Below are positions 43,408 through 59,401 of a DNA stretch of 64,000 nucleotides, piece after piece; positions within the stretch are counted from its first letter, which is position 1; every line of letters begins with the position of its first letter. Under the pieces are notes generated by a model, which had not been told where the DNA came from, did not search any database, and saw nothing but the letters and a program-made list of their open reading frames with translations. The stretch comes from the human T2T-CHM13v2.0 reference genome, Homo sapiens: assembly GCF_009914755.1 (NCBI RefSeq), contig NC_060940.1, one strand, 5' to 3'. The translations under genes and the position numbers were made by a program.

Positions 43408-44358
43408 TAGGTAGATGACTTCTAAAATGACTCTGCATTACCCCACCTTCTGATATTCATGTTCCTATACAATCCCTTCTCTTTGCATGTGGGCACAATC
43501 TAGTGACTTGTTTCTGATGAACAGAATATGGCAAAAGTGATAAGATATCACTTCCAAGATTAAGTCATAAAAGAAAGTGACTTCCATCTTGGCTTCTGTA
43601 TTAGTCTGTTTTCACACTGCTGATAAAGACAAACCCAAGACTGGGTAATTTATAAAGAAAAAGAGATTCAATTGCAGTTCCACATGGCTAGGGAGGCCTC
43701 ACAATCATGGCAGAAGGTGAAAGGCTCATCTTACGTGGTGGCAGCCAATAGAGAATGAGAGCCCAGCAAAAGGGCAAACCCCTTATAAAACCATCAAATC
43801 TCATGAGACTTATTCACTACCACGAGAACAGTATGGGGAAAACTGTCCCCATGATTCAATTATTGCCCACCGGGTGCCTCCCACAACAAGTGGGAATTAT
43901 GGGAGCTACTACTCAAGATGAGATTTGGGTGGAGACACAGCCAAACCATATCAGCTCCCTTGCTCTGTCTTGCTGACCCTTCTCATTTGCTTGCTCTGAT
44001 GAAGTATGCTGCCATGTCGTGAGCTGCCCTATGGAGAGGCCCATGTAACAAGAAACTTTAGATAACATTTGGCCGATGGCCAGAAAAGAGACAAAGTCCT
44101 CAGGTTAATGGCCCATGAGGAAATGAACACTTCCAACAATCATATGAATGGTCATGGAAGCTGGTTCTTCTTCAGTTAAGCTCTGTGATGACAGCAGGCC
44201 CAGTCAACACCTTCATTACAACCTGAGAGGACCCCAAAACATCAAGTCCAGTTATGCCACTCTTGAATTACTGAACTACAGACGCGAGAAAATTAATATT
44301 GTTGTTTCAAGACACTACATCTTGGGGTAATTTGTTACATGGCAATAGATAAATAATA
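43408..44358 (+). mobile_element. MLT1E/F-like solo LTR split by THE1
   Basis: AGTGACTTGTTTCTGATGAACAGAATATGGCAAAAGTGAT...GAGCTGCCCTATGGAGAGGCCCATGT...GTTACATGGCAATAGATAA. Confidence 0.85.
43597..43953 (-). mobile_element. THE1 solo LTR (THE1B/C-like)
   Basis: TG...CA termini; 5-bp TSD GCTTC/GCTCC. Confidence 0.95.
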
Positions 44359-44599
44359 GGCTTTCCCTTTAGCATGAAGAGTGACTGTCAATATAGGAGT
44401 GGGGCTAAAAGTCTACTTTTAGGGGGCACAGAGAAGCAGTAAAGTAAATATAAGTAATAATTGCAAGAGAGAAAGGTGAGTTCCTCTTCTCCTGGGGAGC
44501 TTGGATTCTTGATTCATAATAGGAAATCAGAAGTATTGGAATTAGGAAAAGAAAAGTGAAAACATTTTACATAGGTCCCTATCTGTTTCTCAAGTCATC

Positions 44600-44945
44600 T
44601 TGCTTCACATAGACACTGTGTATTCTGTGCCCACTTATGCATTACATTCTAGCCACGCTTGTCTTCTTCCACTTCCTCAAACAGATCATGTCTTTCCTTA
44701 CACCGGGGTCAACATCCTTGATGCTGTCACTACCTGGGAAGTTCCCTCCACTTTACTTCATAATGCTGGCCTTTTTTCTTCTTCTATTTTTCTGATTAAG
44801 TATCACCTTCTATGAGCACTTTTCAAAATAATTCTCTTTATTTTTTTTCACCATCCAACTTATCTTATTTCCTATTTAGATTTATTACAACTTACAATTA
44901 TAAGTTATTTATCTGAAATTTTTTCCAGCTGCTAGAATTCAAACT
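44600..44945 (+). mobile_element. L2 remnant
   Basis: CATTCTAGCCAC...ATGCTGTCACTACCTGGGAAGTTCCCTCC...ATCACCTTCTATGAGCACTTTTC. Confidence 0.6.
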
Positions 44946-45674
44946 CTATTTATATTCTGGCAAGGTACAGGCCAACTGTACAGATACATGTATAGACTAG
45001 CTGACCTGCAGAAACTTGAGGGAGATTAGCAAAGAAAAGATGTCCCTAAGGTATTTCAACTAAATCTCAAAGATGCATAGAAAGTAAATACTTAGTACTA
45101 TGTCCCCTGAAGGTGTAAGTAGGACTGTTACACAGCATACCGGATTCATATAATAGCAAAGACATATTTCAAGAAGGAATCATATACTATGCTTATAATG
45201 CAATGCAAAATCATCATATTAGATGGTAAGCAGTCAGTTTCTGGCTCCATGAAATCATACTGTGACATCAGAATTCTATTATTTGGTGTTTTATAATGTT
45301 GAAATAAACTAAAGACAAATTTCCTAAGACCTATATTTTTTAAAGTCCCTGCATTTGAACACCAATTAGAAACAAATGATCTTATTCATCTAATTTCTTA
45401 AATAATCTGAGATAGCAGGGAATGGTAAAGTCATCATGGTTAACATAAAAAGAAATTACAAAATTAAAATGATAACATGGGAAGGCATTGATTTTTCGAC
45501 ATTAGGACTTCTTCATTTATAAGTAGTTTTGCTTTATTAATTTTCCATTATTTTTTAATTATATGTTTGTGGTAGCTTCCAAGTCATGAGAAAATGAAAT
45601 ACAAACATATGTGCTAGTGTTTTCTGATTTGACATATTTGACATCAGACAGCACAGATCAGCTCAGATGATTTA

Positions 45675-45764
45675 TATATTTGTGTCTATATTTATCCTTA
45701 TTATTGGGCTGTAAATTGCTTCAGGTCAAGGACTATGTCTCTTTTATTTGAGTATTTCCCAAAG
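45675..45764 (+). mobile_element. L2 3' end, left half of the ERV target site (right half at ~51821-51860)
   Basis: CTGTAAATTGCTTCAGGTCAAGGACTATGTCT...GTATTTCCCA continues after the ERV as CACAAGCAGGGCACAATAACTATTTG. Confidence 0.6.
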
Positions 45765-45806
45765 AATGGGACTTGGGGAAATACTAATATTTCCCAAAGA
45801 ATTGGG

Positions 45807-46563
45807 ACCATTTTTAAGGTCCCCCTCACAGTTGAGAGCTTTCCTTCTGTCACTCAATAAAATTGTTCTCTGCCTTACTCACTCTCTAGTGTCCACACAC
45901 CTTACTCCTCTAGGTCGTAGGACAAGAACCTAGAACTTGCTGAGCTGTGGACAGCAAGTGTGGAGAGGGCTGTAACACGCTCCCGTTCAATGAGCTGTGA
46001 GCAGCAGGTATGGAGAGAGCTGTCACACACTCCTGTTCACTGAGCTGTGGGCAGCAGGTGCAGAGAGAGCTGTCACATGCTCCTGTTCACTGAGCTGTTG
46101 GCAGCAAGTTCAAGGAGAGCTGTAACATGGCCCCATTCGCCTCACTGCGGGCACGAAGAAGTGAAGCCATTGGGCGCCATTCCCTCTTGGCTGGTTTGCC
46201 AAACTACAAAGCCAAAACATTCTTGGGTGCTCAGACCTTGAGACTCCCTGTGTGAGAGCTGTAACACCCCTTGGGGCTCCACAGTTGCTGGCATCTCCAG
46301 GTTTTCAAGTACCACTGCATTCCCCATGTCTAGACCCCGGCACCCAACACAGAAATGACTTGTGGCATGCTTGGTCCAGCCACAGACTAAGTGCAGAGTC
46401 CCTGGTCAGGTATGGGATCTGGGCCAGGGTGCAAGCCAAGCACAGCCTGCTGGGCTGAGCGGGTGGAGTGAGCTTGGCAGGCCTGAGCAAGGTCCCAAAT
46501 GGAAGTCATGGTGGCTAGAGAGATTTCCGGCAGGTGAAGCGGCACTGAAGGAATCCTGTAGCA
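45807..46563 (+). mobile_element. 5' LTR remnant: R plus U5 only
   Basis: AATAAA at 45856-45861; ends GGAATCCTGTAGCA; no U3 upstream. Confidence 0.85.
45941..46140. repeat. 4 x 50-bp tandem repeat in U5
   Basis: Units start at 45941, 45991, 46041 and 46091 (TGAGCTGT.GGCAGCA.GT...GAGAGCTGT.ACA..CTCCTGTTCAC). Confidence 0.95.
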
Positions 46564-46581
46564 ATTAGGCTCATCCAGGAT
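46564..46581 (+). other. Degenerate primer-binding site for tRNA-Pro
   Basis: ATTAGGCTCATCCAGGAT immediately after the LTR CA vs PBS-Pro TGGGGGCTCGTCCGGGAT; the differences include CpG decays. Confidence 0.7.
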
Positions 46582-47157
46582 CACTGGAAAGGTGAGAGCA
46601 GACCTCTTTCACTTTCATTGCAGAGGCTTCTTGTCCTCAGATTTTTTTTTCTGAAAACAGATGAGACACCAGACCTCTGTCAGCCAGTTAAGAGTGAATA
46701 GTGCAGCTACCAGTTCTACAAGACTCAGAGGACAGGCTTGCCAGAGAGGACTTTGTCAATCCTCCATCACCCTCAGGTGTTGGAAATGTTGGCTTTGTTC
46801 CAATCTGGTTACCCTTCACAGCAGCCTAGCCATCGCCTAGGATTAGAAGGAAGTTCTGGGGCAGTTGAGGGTATCTGGCTGAGGCTGCACTTCGGCGTTA
46901 CCCAAAGATACCAGGACTGACTCCAGTCCCTGACAGCCCATTATGGTGTCAGCACTAGAACCTCCAGTCTTTCCTTTCACATTTTCTTTCATTCTTTCTT
47001 TTGCAGCTGTCATGGCTCCTATCTCTTCTTTATATACATACAATGTTAAAGGTGTTGCTGCAAACCAGAGATAATATAACTGGGTAGAATTAGCACTTGG
47101 CTTAGGCATCAGTAATATAATTCAGAACAATGTGGTTTCTGTCTATGTAATAATTGA

Positions 47158-50535
<3,378 letters not shown>

Positions 50536-50728
50536 AATTAACCTTCCATGGATATCTTCTTTATAGTCTTGCCTATGCTTGCTGTTCTCACCTTTGTCCT
50601 GTTCCTCACTATAGGCATCTTTGCCAAGAACCCCTTAATCCTGAACATCCATGGAATTATCTACTCCCCTGAACAGCTATCTCTCTTCTAAAATGTAACT
50701 GCCCTCCGCCATACAAAATTTAATTTCT

Positions 50729-51033
<305 letters not shown>

Positions 51034-51139
51034 ATTTCTTTCACAAGGGTGAAACAGCTCTGGCCACAACATTGTTTTCAGAATGATTAGTTTATTTTAC
51101 TTCTTATTTCTGTTATCTTTGGCACTAGATTATTTCCTT

Positions 51140-51313
51140 TTAGCTCCTCTTTGTATAATACCCATATTTGGTCCATGCATACTTAACCACATTGTAAAAT
51201 TGATTTATTCTTCCCTAGAGACCATCAAACTCCAAATGATCATGCAAATGGAGCCTTGGATAATTGCTCCCTTTTACCAGGGACCCTTAGATAGACCTCT
51301 GAGAGAGACGTGA
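51140..51313 (+). pseudogene. ERV env TM C-terminal remnant
   Basis: IFGPCILN..VK.I.S.LETIKLQM..QMEP....FYQGPLDRP is typical of gamma-like env cytoplasmic tails. Confidence 0.85.
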
Positions 51314-51417
51314 CTGCCGTTTTCCCAAAACAATGCCCCCCTGTCAGAATAAAGCAGTTAGAGCAGTCACTATCCCTGTCCTAATGGCAGCTAGATGTAC
51401 CTCTTCAGAGAAGAGAT

Positions 51418-51792
51418 TGATAGCAACAAGAGACAGACAAATTCCTAGGCAGACAGGGATGGGTCCCCAGTGAAACCTAACCTTCAAGCCAAAGACAGTT
51501 TACAGCCTGAAAACTGAGCTGCCAGATCTGGATAGAGCCCATGACCAGAGTGAGAACTTCTATCCCCATCTTACCCTCTCTCTCCGATTGGTTCCTTCTG
51601 GATGACGCCTTTTAACCAGTAGAATGGCGCTTTTTCCAAAGCCCACCCATGGACCAATTAGCATGCACTCCCCCATTCTGAGCCCATAAAAACCCTGGAC
51701 TCAGTCTCACAGATGGCTACCCACTTTTAGCCCCCTTCTCGCAGCTGAGAGCCTTCCTTCTGTTACTCAATAAAATTCTTCTCTGCATTACT
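51418..51792 (+). mobile_element. 3' LTR remnant: U3 plus R only
   Basis: Preceded by PPT AGAGAAGAGA; starts TGATAG; ends 18 nt after AATAAA (51769-51774); no U5. Confidence 0.88.
51585..51695 (+). promoter_or_regulatory. LTR U3 promoter motifs (ATTGG, CCAAT, TATA-like CATAAAA)
   Basis: ATTGG 51587-51591, CCAAT 51654-51658, CATAAAAA 51685-51692; activity unknown. Confidence 0.5.
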
Positions 51793-51820
51793 AAAGAAGA
51801 AGGAGGAGGAGGAGGAGGAG
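51793..51820. repeat. A/(GAA)/(GGA)n purine tail
   Basis: AAAGAAGAAGGAGGAGGAGGAGGAGGAG directly after R. Confidence 0.9.
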
Positions 51821-51860
51821 ACTTAACTCACAAGCAGGGCACAATAACTATTTGGCAGAC

Positions 51861-52276
51861 TGTCTTAATCTGTTTTCTGTTGCTTATAACAGAATACCTG
51901 GAACTGTATAATTAATTAAAAAGGGAGTTTATTTCTTACAGTTATGGAGGATGAGAAGTCCCAGGTCAAGGGGCTGCATCTTGTGAGAGCCTTCTTGCTG
52001 TTGGTGACTCTCTAAAGGGTCCTGAGGCAGTGCAGGATATCTCTTGGTGAGGGGGTTGAGCATAGTAAGTGCCTAGCTTTCTTTTTCTTTTCTTATCAAG
52101 CCACCTGTCCCACACCTATGACAACCCATTAACACATTAATTCATGAATGAATTAATTCATTCATGAGGACTCTGACCCAATCACCTCTTGAAGGTTCTA
52201 CTTCTCAATACTGACACACATTGGAGACTAAACTTCAATGTGAGTTTTGGAGGGGGAAAATATTCAAACTATAACA
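51861..52276 (-). mobile_element. MaLR solo LTR (MSTC-like)
   Basis: TGTCTTAATCTGTTTTCTGTTGCTTATAACAGAATACC...TATTCAAACTATAACA; TSD CAGAC/CAAAC. Confidence 0.9.
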
Positions 52277-53529
52277 CAAACTAAGGTAAATTAGATTAAA
52301 GATATATTGAAACAAACAGCTGTATTTAGAAGAGCATAAAATCACGATTTAAGAGAATATGGTTTAGATACAACAAGAACCTCTATATTCAAAATGTGGT
52401 CATTTTTATGTCTCCTGAGATAACAGAATAAAAAGTATTTCATTATCTGAGAACAACAATTTGTTGATGAAAAGTTAATTGAAAACCTATTTTATACTAA
52501 ATTCCATATCGATATTTTACCAAAGAGAAATGCGTCAAATTATCCCAATTTTAAGATTAAAGAATTTACAAAAAAATTAATAGCAAGCAAGCATGGAAAA
52601 ATTACTTCACTTACCTCTACCATAGTATTTCAATGAAAGTATCTGGGGCATTCTAACATACTGTGACCATTAGATGGGTTAGAATTTTCTCTTATTTTTC
52701 TCCTTAGCTCTAAAGCTCATCCTAATGCCAGGCACATTTTCAGGAGATTACTAAAGATTTGGTAGATGGATAGATGCATTGATGAATGAATCAACTACTC
52801 TTTGGCAGTGGTAAAAGTGAGACTATCTTTAATTTTTATAATATATATCACATGAAAAAAATGGTTAAAAAATGTATTAGAGAAACTGGTAGCTTCCCTA
52901 AGTCAAAGAGCCAAAAAATCTTCCAGGGTCTTTCAAATGTATTTCTCATTGCACTCATTGTTCTCTATTTTCAAATTCCTAATTATTTTGTCCATAGATA
53001 CTTCTTTATGACTATTTACTTATCTTCATATATCTCAACAATAAATCTACATTGTGTCAACAATGAGAAAAGCACAATGTTAAGCATTGAGGATACAATG
53101 AGACTACAATAGACATAGTTAGTGTCCCAGTGGACGTTACAGACAAGTAACTCCACCTGAAACAGAAAAATACAGAGTGCTGCAACACTTCTGCAAGTTT
53201 TCAGAGGATGTATCTTAAAAATTGAGTTATTTTTAAGGTGGGGCCTTTGGGAGGTGATTAGGTCATGAGGGCAAAACTGAACAACCTAATCTATCTTCAA
53301 CTGCATGGGGAGATATTTGGATGAAGGTAACCTAGCGTGAGATGTGGAATCTGTTTACTAATTGTGCTGGGATTCCATCCTGTATCTCTTCCCCATAGGA
53401 TGGCAGTGACTCAGCCAGGTACATTAAACAGAGTGACTTTGTTATTTTAGATGAGCTACAAGACTTAAATGTTGGATTATTCAGAGTTAGCATGGGTTTC
53501 TACCACAACTGAAATATTGTAACCTTTTA

Positions 53530-53675
53530 AAATCAGTGGTTCTGTCCATTACAGTCTGTAAGAATTACTTGAACTGTTTGTTCAAAATGAAAATTCCTGG
53601 GTTTCTGATTCAATATTTCTACTAAGAATGATTCTAACACAAATAGTTTATGGGCTTACATTGAAAAACATTGAT
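53530..53675. mobile_element. MER5-like DNA transposon remnant
   Basis: CAGTGGTTCT...AAAATGAAAATTCCTGGG...TTGAAAAACATTG, TIR-like ends. Confidence 0.55.
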
Positions 53676-55107
53676 TTTATTATATATTTAAAAACTAAAT
53701 CTTAATATGACATACACAGCTCTTCACAGTATTACCTCAATTTGTCTTCTTAGCATTGTTACCCACAAACTGCTTCTATAAATCAAGACTTTTGTAACAC
53801 AAAACTTTCTCAAATTACATGATTTTTCTTGTCTCAAGCCTGTATTGAGTTGCTGAAACTAGTCAACTTAGCCAGGATTTCAAATCAGCTTACTAATATC
53901 ATAACTTGATACTTTGCTAGTTGATTTGATTAGCACAAATCTCTGAAACAAAACAAAAGGGTACTCAGTATTAATAAATGCCAGTTATCTGCCAGATTCA
54001 TTTTTTTTGCATTTGCATGCATGCCTACTCATTAAATTTTTATAACACTAAAAATATATTATTTTTCTCATTATACAAATGAAAAACTTGATGTTTAATA
54101 AGTAAGGAATTTTCTCATGGTTAAACAATTAGTAAAGGTAGAATTAGTAATAGAACACAGGTCAGTTGCATTTCAAAGTCCATTTTCATTCCATTAAGCC
54201 AGATTGCTTTGGTTATTTTTATAGCAAAACAAATATTCAGAAATAATTTTAAATTAGTTTGAAACTGATCTTAAAGCTTGCATACACTCACTATTGCCAA
54301 AGCATTTCCATCTTTATGTAAAAAAGATGTAATAATGCATATAAATGATCTTGCACTCAATAAGAGCTAGTTCCTCTCCCACTTTTCCTCTAGCATCTGT
54401 GATATAGTTGATGATGGATGTTTGGAAGGTCGGATGACAGATGGGGCAACATGTCTAGTTTCAAATAAGAAATTTAAAATTAGAGATTAAACTCAAGTAT
54501 CTCAAGAGGGGAGACTGGAAATCTTGGAGTCTGGGTGATGCTCTGATTCTCATCAAGATTTAATTTGTATGAGAAAATCCTTCCATTTTAATTAGCACCT
54601 CTTTGGGATAGAAATACCAGTACACCATTCATTCATCTAAATGAAGAGTGGAAGATGCTTTCTATGATAATAATGAGACGATTTCTTGGCCATCAATGTG
54701 GCCTCCAAGAGCCATCTGTTCCCAGAGTCAGTGAGCAGTAAGGATTTATGAATGACTTCCAACAAACTCTGTGTGTGTGTGGCAGGAAAGGGCAAATCCA
54801 GCTGCTGTTTATTTTCACCAAGCATCTTGATATGTTCTTGAAACATTGCAAATTTGATGAAGCCCAAATACAGTTCGTCAAATACTTTTCTTTTCTAATT
54901 GGGAAAATGATTTGAATGTTAAGAGAAATTGCAAAATATGGTTCTGATTCATTCATATTTGCATCAAGTCACCAATGTTGTAGATCTCATCAATGCTCCA
55001 CATCCCCAGGGTCTGCCAAAACAAAGGAGAACAGGCACAAACTCTCACACACTGACACAAATTCACAGACACATCTTTCCTTCTAATCTGGTGAAAATTA
55101 AACAGGG

Positions 55108-55197
55108 GTTTCAACTTTTCGGCTATTGTGGATAGAGCTGATACGAACATTTCTGTATAGATCTTTATGTGGACATATGCTTTCATTTTTCTTGGGA
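55108..55197 (-). mobile_element. Short L1M ORF2 fragment
   Basis: GGCTATTGTGGATAGAGCTG..ACGAACATT...TTTATGTGGACATATGCTTTCATTTTTCTTGGG. Confidence 0.75.
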
Positions 55198-55473
55198 CTA
55201 TCTCAATGGAAGAGGACTCAAAGATGAAAACCCAGGTTACTCAAAGTTCAGTTAAATATTTCCCAATTTAGCAAGTGTCTAGGCATCGCCAAGGGACTTA
55301 AAATACCTTGGAGAATCGTTCCCTTGCCTATGACTTTGAGCTAGTCATCAATGAACGTCGGTCTTATGGCTCATTTGGCTTTTTCTAAAGTAACAGATGC
55401 TACAGAAGGAAGAGGCTCTGTGAGGGTGAACAACACAAACACAGTCCCTGTGAAATTAAATTAAAAATTAAGC

Positions 55474-55727
55474 GGCTGGGCGTGGTGGCTCACGCCTGTA
55501 ATCCCAGCACTTTGGGAGGCCAAGGCGGGCAGATCACGAGGTCAGGAGATCGAGACCATCTTGGCTAACACGGTGAAACCCTGTCTCTATTAAAAATACA
55601 AAAAAATTAGCCGGGCGTGGTGGCGGCGCCTGTAATCCCAGCTACTCAGTGAGCCGAGATTACGCCACTGCACTCTAGCCTGGGCGACAGAGTGAGACTC
55701 CGTCTCAAAATAAATAAATAAAATAAA
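55474..55727 (+). mobile_element. AluY-like with ~48-bp right-arm deletion
   Basis: GCTACTC|AGTGAGCCGAG junction at 55647/55648; TSD AAAA(T/G)TAAGC. Confidence 0.95.
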
Positions 55728-55756
55728 AGTAAGCAAAATATGTATGTTTATCTGTA

Positions 55757-55762
<6 letters not shown>

Positions 55763-55801
<39 letters not shown>
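55763..55801. repeat. (TG)n microsatellite
   Basis: Direct reading. Confidence 0.98.
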
Positions 55802-55802
<1 letters not shown>

Positions 55803-56145
55803 TAACTTCAAAATATGATAAATGCACTGAGGGATTTATACTGAATTCTATAATTCTACTTTTGTCTGAGTAACTAGGAAAGAAGTCTCTGAAGTGGAAA
55901 AAATTATTCTGAAGTCTGAAAAATAAGAAAGAGCCAGCAATGTGAAAAGTAGCTGTATAAGCATCAAAAAGAACATAGCATATATGAAAGTCCTGCTCTC
56001 AGGACTTAGAGGTTGGAGTACAGTAAATAAAGCGGAAAATGGATGAGATGAGGCTGAGTAAGGGCAAGGTTTCTTTCTTTCATTTTCTATCTTTAAAAAA
56101 TATATATATACATATATATGTATATATACATACACACACACATAG

Positions 56146-56432
56146 AGCTGGGTGCAGTGGCTCTTGCCTCAGGCCAAGACGGGCAGATTGCTTGAGCCCA
56201 GGAGTTTGAGACCAGCCTGGGCAAGATGGTGAAACATTGTCTCCACTAAAGATACTAAAATTAGCCAAGGGGGGTGGTGTACACCTGTAGTCCCAGCTAC
56301 TTGGGAGGCTGAGTTGAGAGGATCACCCGAGTCCAGGAGGTCGAGGCCACAGTGAGCCCTGATTATGCCACTTCACTCCAGCCTGGGAAAAAGAGCCAGA
56401 CCTTGTCTAAAAAAAAAAATAAATAAAATATA
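56146..56432 (+). mobile_element. Alu SINE (AluJ-like) with ~19-bp deletion near the 5' end
   Basis: GCCT|CAGGCC lacks GTAATCCCAGCACTTTGG; TTGCTTGAGCCCAGGAG is J-type. Confidence 0.9.
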
Positions 56433-56449
56433 AATGCAAATAAATAAAC

Positions 56450-57470
56450 ATATTGAACAATAATTTATATATAGTAAAAATACAAAGATCTCAAGCATGC
56501 AGTTAAGTTTTGACAAATGTATATACCCATGTAATCAAACCTCAAATTAGGATTAAAGGTATAGAACATTTCTGTAATCCCAGAAAATTCCATCACATTC
56601 AATTCTTGTCAATTAACACATATTTTGCTACTGCTACTCGCATCAAGAGGCAACCACTCTTCTGGTTTCTATTGCCATAAATAAGCATGGATTAATTTTT
56701 TCCTTTTTAAATATACAGGAATCAAATAATATGCATACCTTTGTGTTTGGTTTCTTATTCTTAAAGTGATGTTTTTGGGATTCATTCATATATTGTATTT
56801 ATTTTTATTGATGAGTAGTATTTCATTAAATAAAAATACAATTTTTTTCTACCAACTTATTAAAGAGAATTTGGACTATTTCTAGTTTTCAGCTGAGGCT
56901 GCTGCTCCTGACAAAATTGTCAACATCTGGCATTTTTTGCCTTTGCATGTTTTTCTTCTATCTTGACTTTTTAGATTTTCCAGTTCTCACAAAATGTGTT
57001 TGTTTTTATTCACTGTTTTTATTGTTCACTGAAGGGATTACAAAATGCACCCTTCAGCTATCACAGTAAAATGTGAGTTATACTATACTATTTCATGTAC
57101 TAAGTAAGAAACTTAAGTCAGTAATCATCTGTTTACCTTCTCTCATTCTTTATGCTGTCATTACTCACATATATATGTATATATGTAATAGTCATATGTA
57201 GAAAATATTATATATTTTTTCCTACTACAAATTAAATTTCAAAATACGTTACATTTATTTTTAGATTAAACAATTATCTTTAAAACAAAATAAGAAAAGA
57301 AAAAAGAAATAATCTTCTGTATTAAAGTACATTTAAAAATGTCCAGCATTCTTTTCTACAGAAATTGAGTTTATATGTGGTATAAATTCCAAGTATAAAA
57401 CACTTGTAGCATTTCTTGTTGTAAAGATCTATGAATGGCTTATCTATTTCTGGAATGTATTTCATTAAGA
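56450..57470 (-). mobile_element. Old L1M (L1MB/ME-like) fragments
   Basis: TTTTGACAAATGTATATACCCATGTAA...ATAGAACATTTC...AGAGGCAACCACTCTTCTG. Confidence 0.7.
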
Positions 57471-58579
57471 GTTATTTGAATCTGCTCTTCTTAGATACTT
57501 TTGTAGAACAGGTATGGCTTTTAGTTTAGGGTGTTTTTTTTTCCCCCTTGATGAGATCAAGGGAGTGACAGTCTTTTGTAGTTTTCCACAAAGTAATTGA
57601 AAGGTGAAGTCTTTCCAAGAGTAAGATTTTTAAGATTTTATATATACTTAACTATGCCATTGGCTATAGTGCAGAAAAGAAAAAATTATGATATAAATAA
57701 GTTTTCCAAGTAAATTAAAAAAAATTTTATAAATGGGATAGAAAAAAGGGATGAATAAAAAATAAAGGAAAGGATAGTAATACATAGCCTGAAGGGTTCT
57801 ACGAGACATGAGAATGAGTGTGGTGTGTTGCACATGAAGGGCATCTTTTTGATGTGAGTTAAATATGAATTGGCCTTTAATATTTGATGATGGAGAAGAC
57901 TCTACTTATGAAGCTCAATTATGTTAAAAATTAGCTATTACCAAATAATTAAAAGACACATGCAATTAAACTTTTAGGTACCTAAAATTAAACTTTTAGG
58001 TAGATGGGATGAGAAAATGTGTCTAGTTTATTAATGCAGTTTAACAGGGGTAATTATATTCTTATCTGTATCCAAAAGGTGTTGGGATTTGGAGAGATGG
58101 CTTCATGAGCTATTTTAGGAAATGGGGCTAGGTTTGTTTAAAAGATCAGAAGCCAGTGTTCAGTTCTAAACTATGTATAGCAACACATACATAGAAAATT
58201 AGGCATACCACTTAAAATATGTTTGATGTATAATAGTTGCCCAGCAGATGTTAGATTATTTCACTTCTCTTAACCATTCCTACCCTGCACATGTATGTGA
58301 GTGCCTGTGAGTGTGCATTCATTCATACACATACCTACATACACACTCCTCTTTTGACATTTCCCCCAAGTGTTTGCACAAATAAGGTGATAAATGCCAG
58401 TATGATAATCATGGATTCAAAAGGGAAGAATCCTCTTCCTTTAGAGAAAGATAAACTAGGGAGATTTCCACAGGGTATTAAAGGAATGATGAGGCCACAA
58501 AAAAGGAGTAGTCATACCCTGTACCCATATGCATGCAAAGTTCTATTATCTGGGGATATTATGAATGTTTAAAGTTTGA

Positions 58580-58928
<349 letters not shown>

Positions 58929-59244
58929 CACAGTGTGTCTTTACCCCAAGAATCCTTTCTATTGGAGAACTACTACAACCACATTTCATGATGTGTGAGG
59001 AACTGTCAGTTGTCCCAGTAAGCTGTTGTGCATATGACTAATATAAGGTTAAAATTTTCTTGTTTCCTGATATGTGACATAAGTACATGGAATTAAGTGT
59101 TCCAAGTTCTCTATTATTGCTGGATCATCATTTCTAAAATTTAGTCTTAACACCATAGGAAGCTGTTCTTCCTAACAGTTTCATCACATACAGCCAAAAA
59201 ATAAGGCCAATACTGAAAAGAAAGTAAAGCCATTAGATAAAGGT

Positions 59245-59401
59245 AAAGCCCTGGTTACATTGTTTAAGATCCTGGATGCAGCTATTCCTGGAACTAGACA
59301 CTCCTCTATTTCCCAGGTACCTGAAACAATATATTCCCTTTTAGCAAAGTATGTTCATAATGAGTTTCTGTCACTTGTAATTACAGATTCTGGCTTATAC
59401 A
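59245..59401 (+). mobile_element. Old MLT1 (J/K-like) LTR 3' fragment
   Basis: CCTGGATGCAGCTATTCCTGGA...GTTTCTGTCACTTGTAA...TATACA. Confidence 0.65.

Noticed and set aside
45941-46140. Regularly spaced repeats resembling a CRISPR array
   Set aside because: Eukaryotic LTR context; whole 50-bp units are homologous, with no unique spacers and no cas genes
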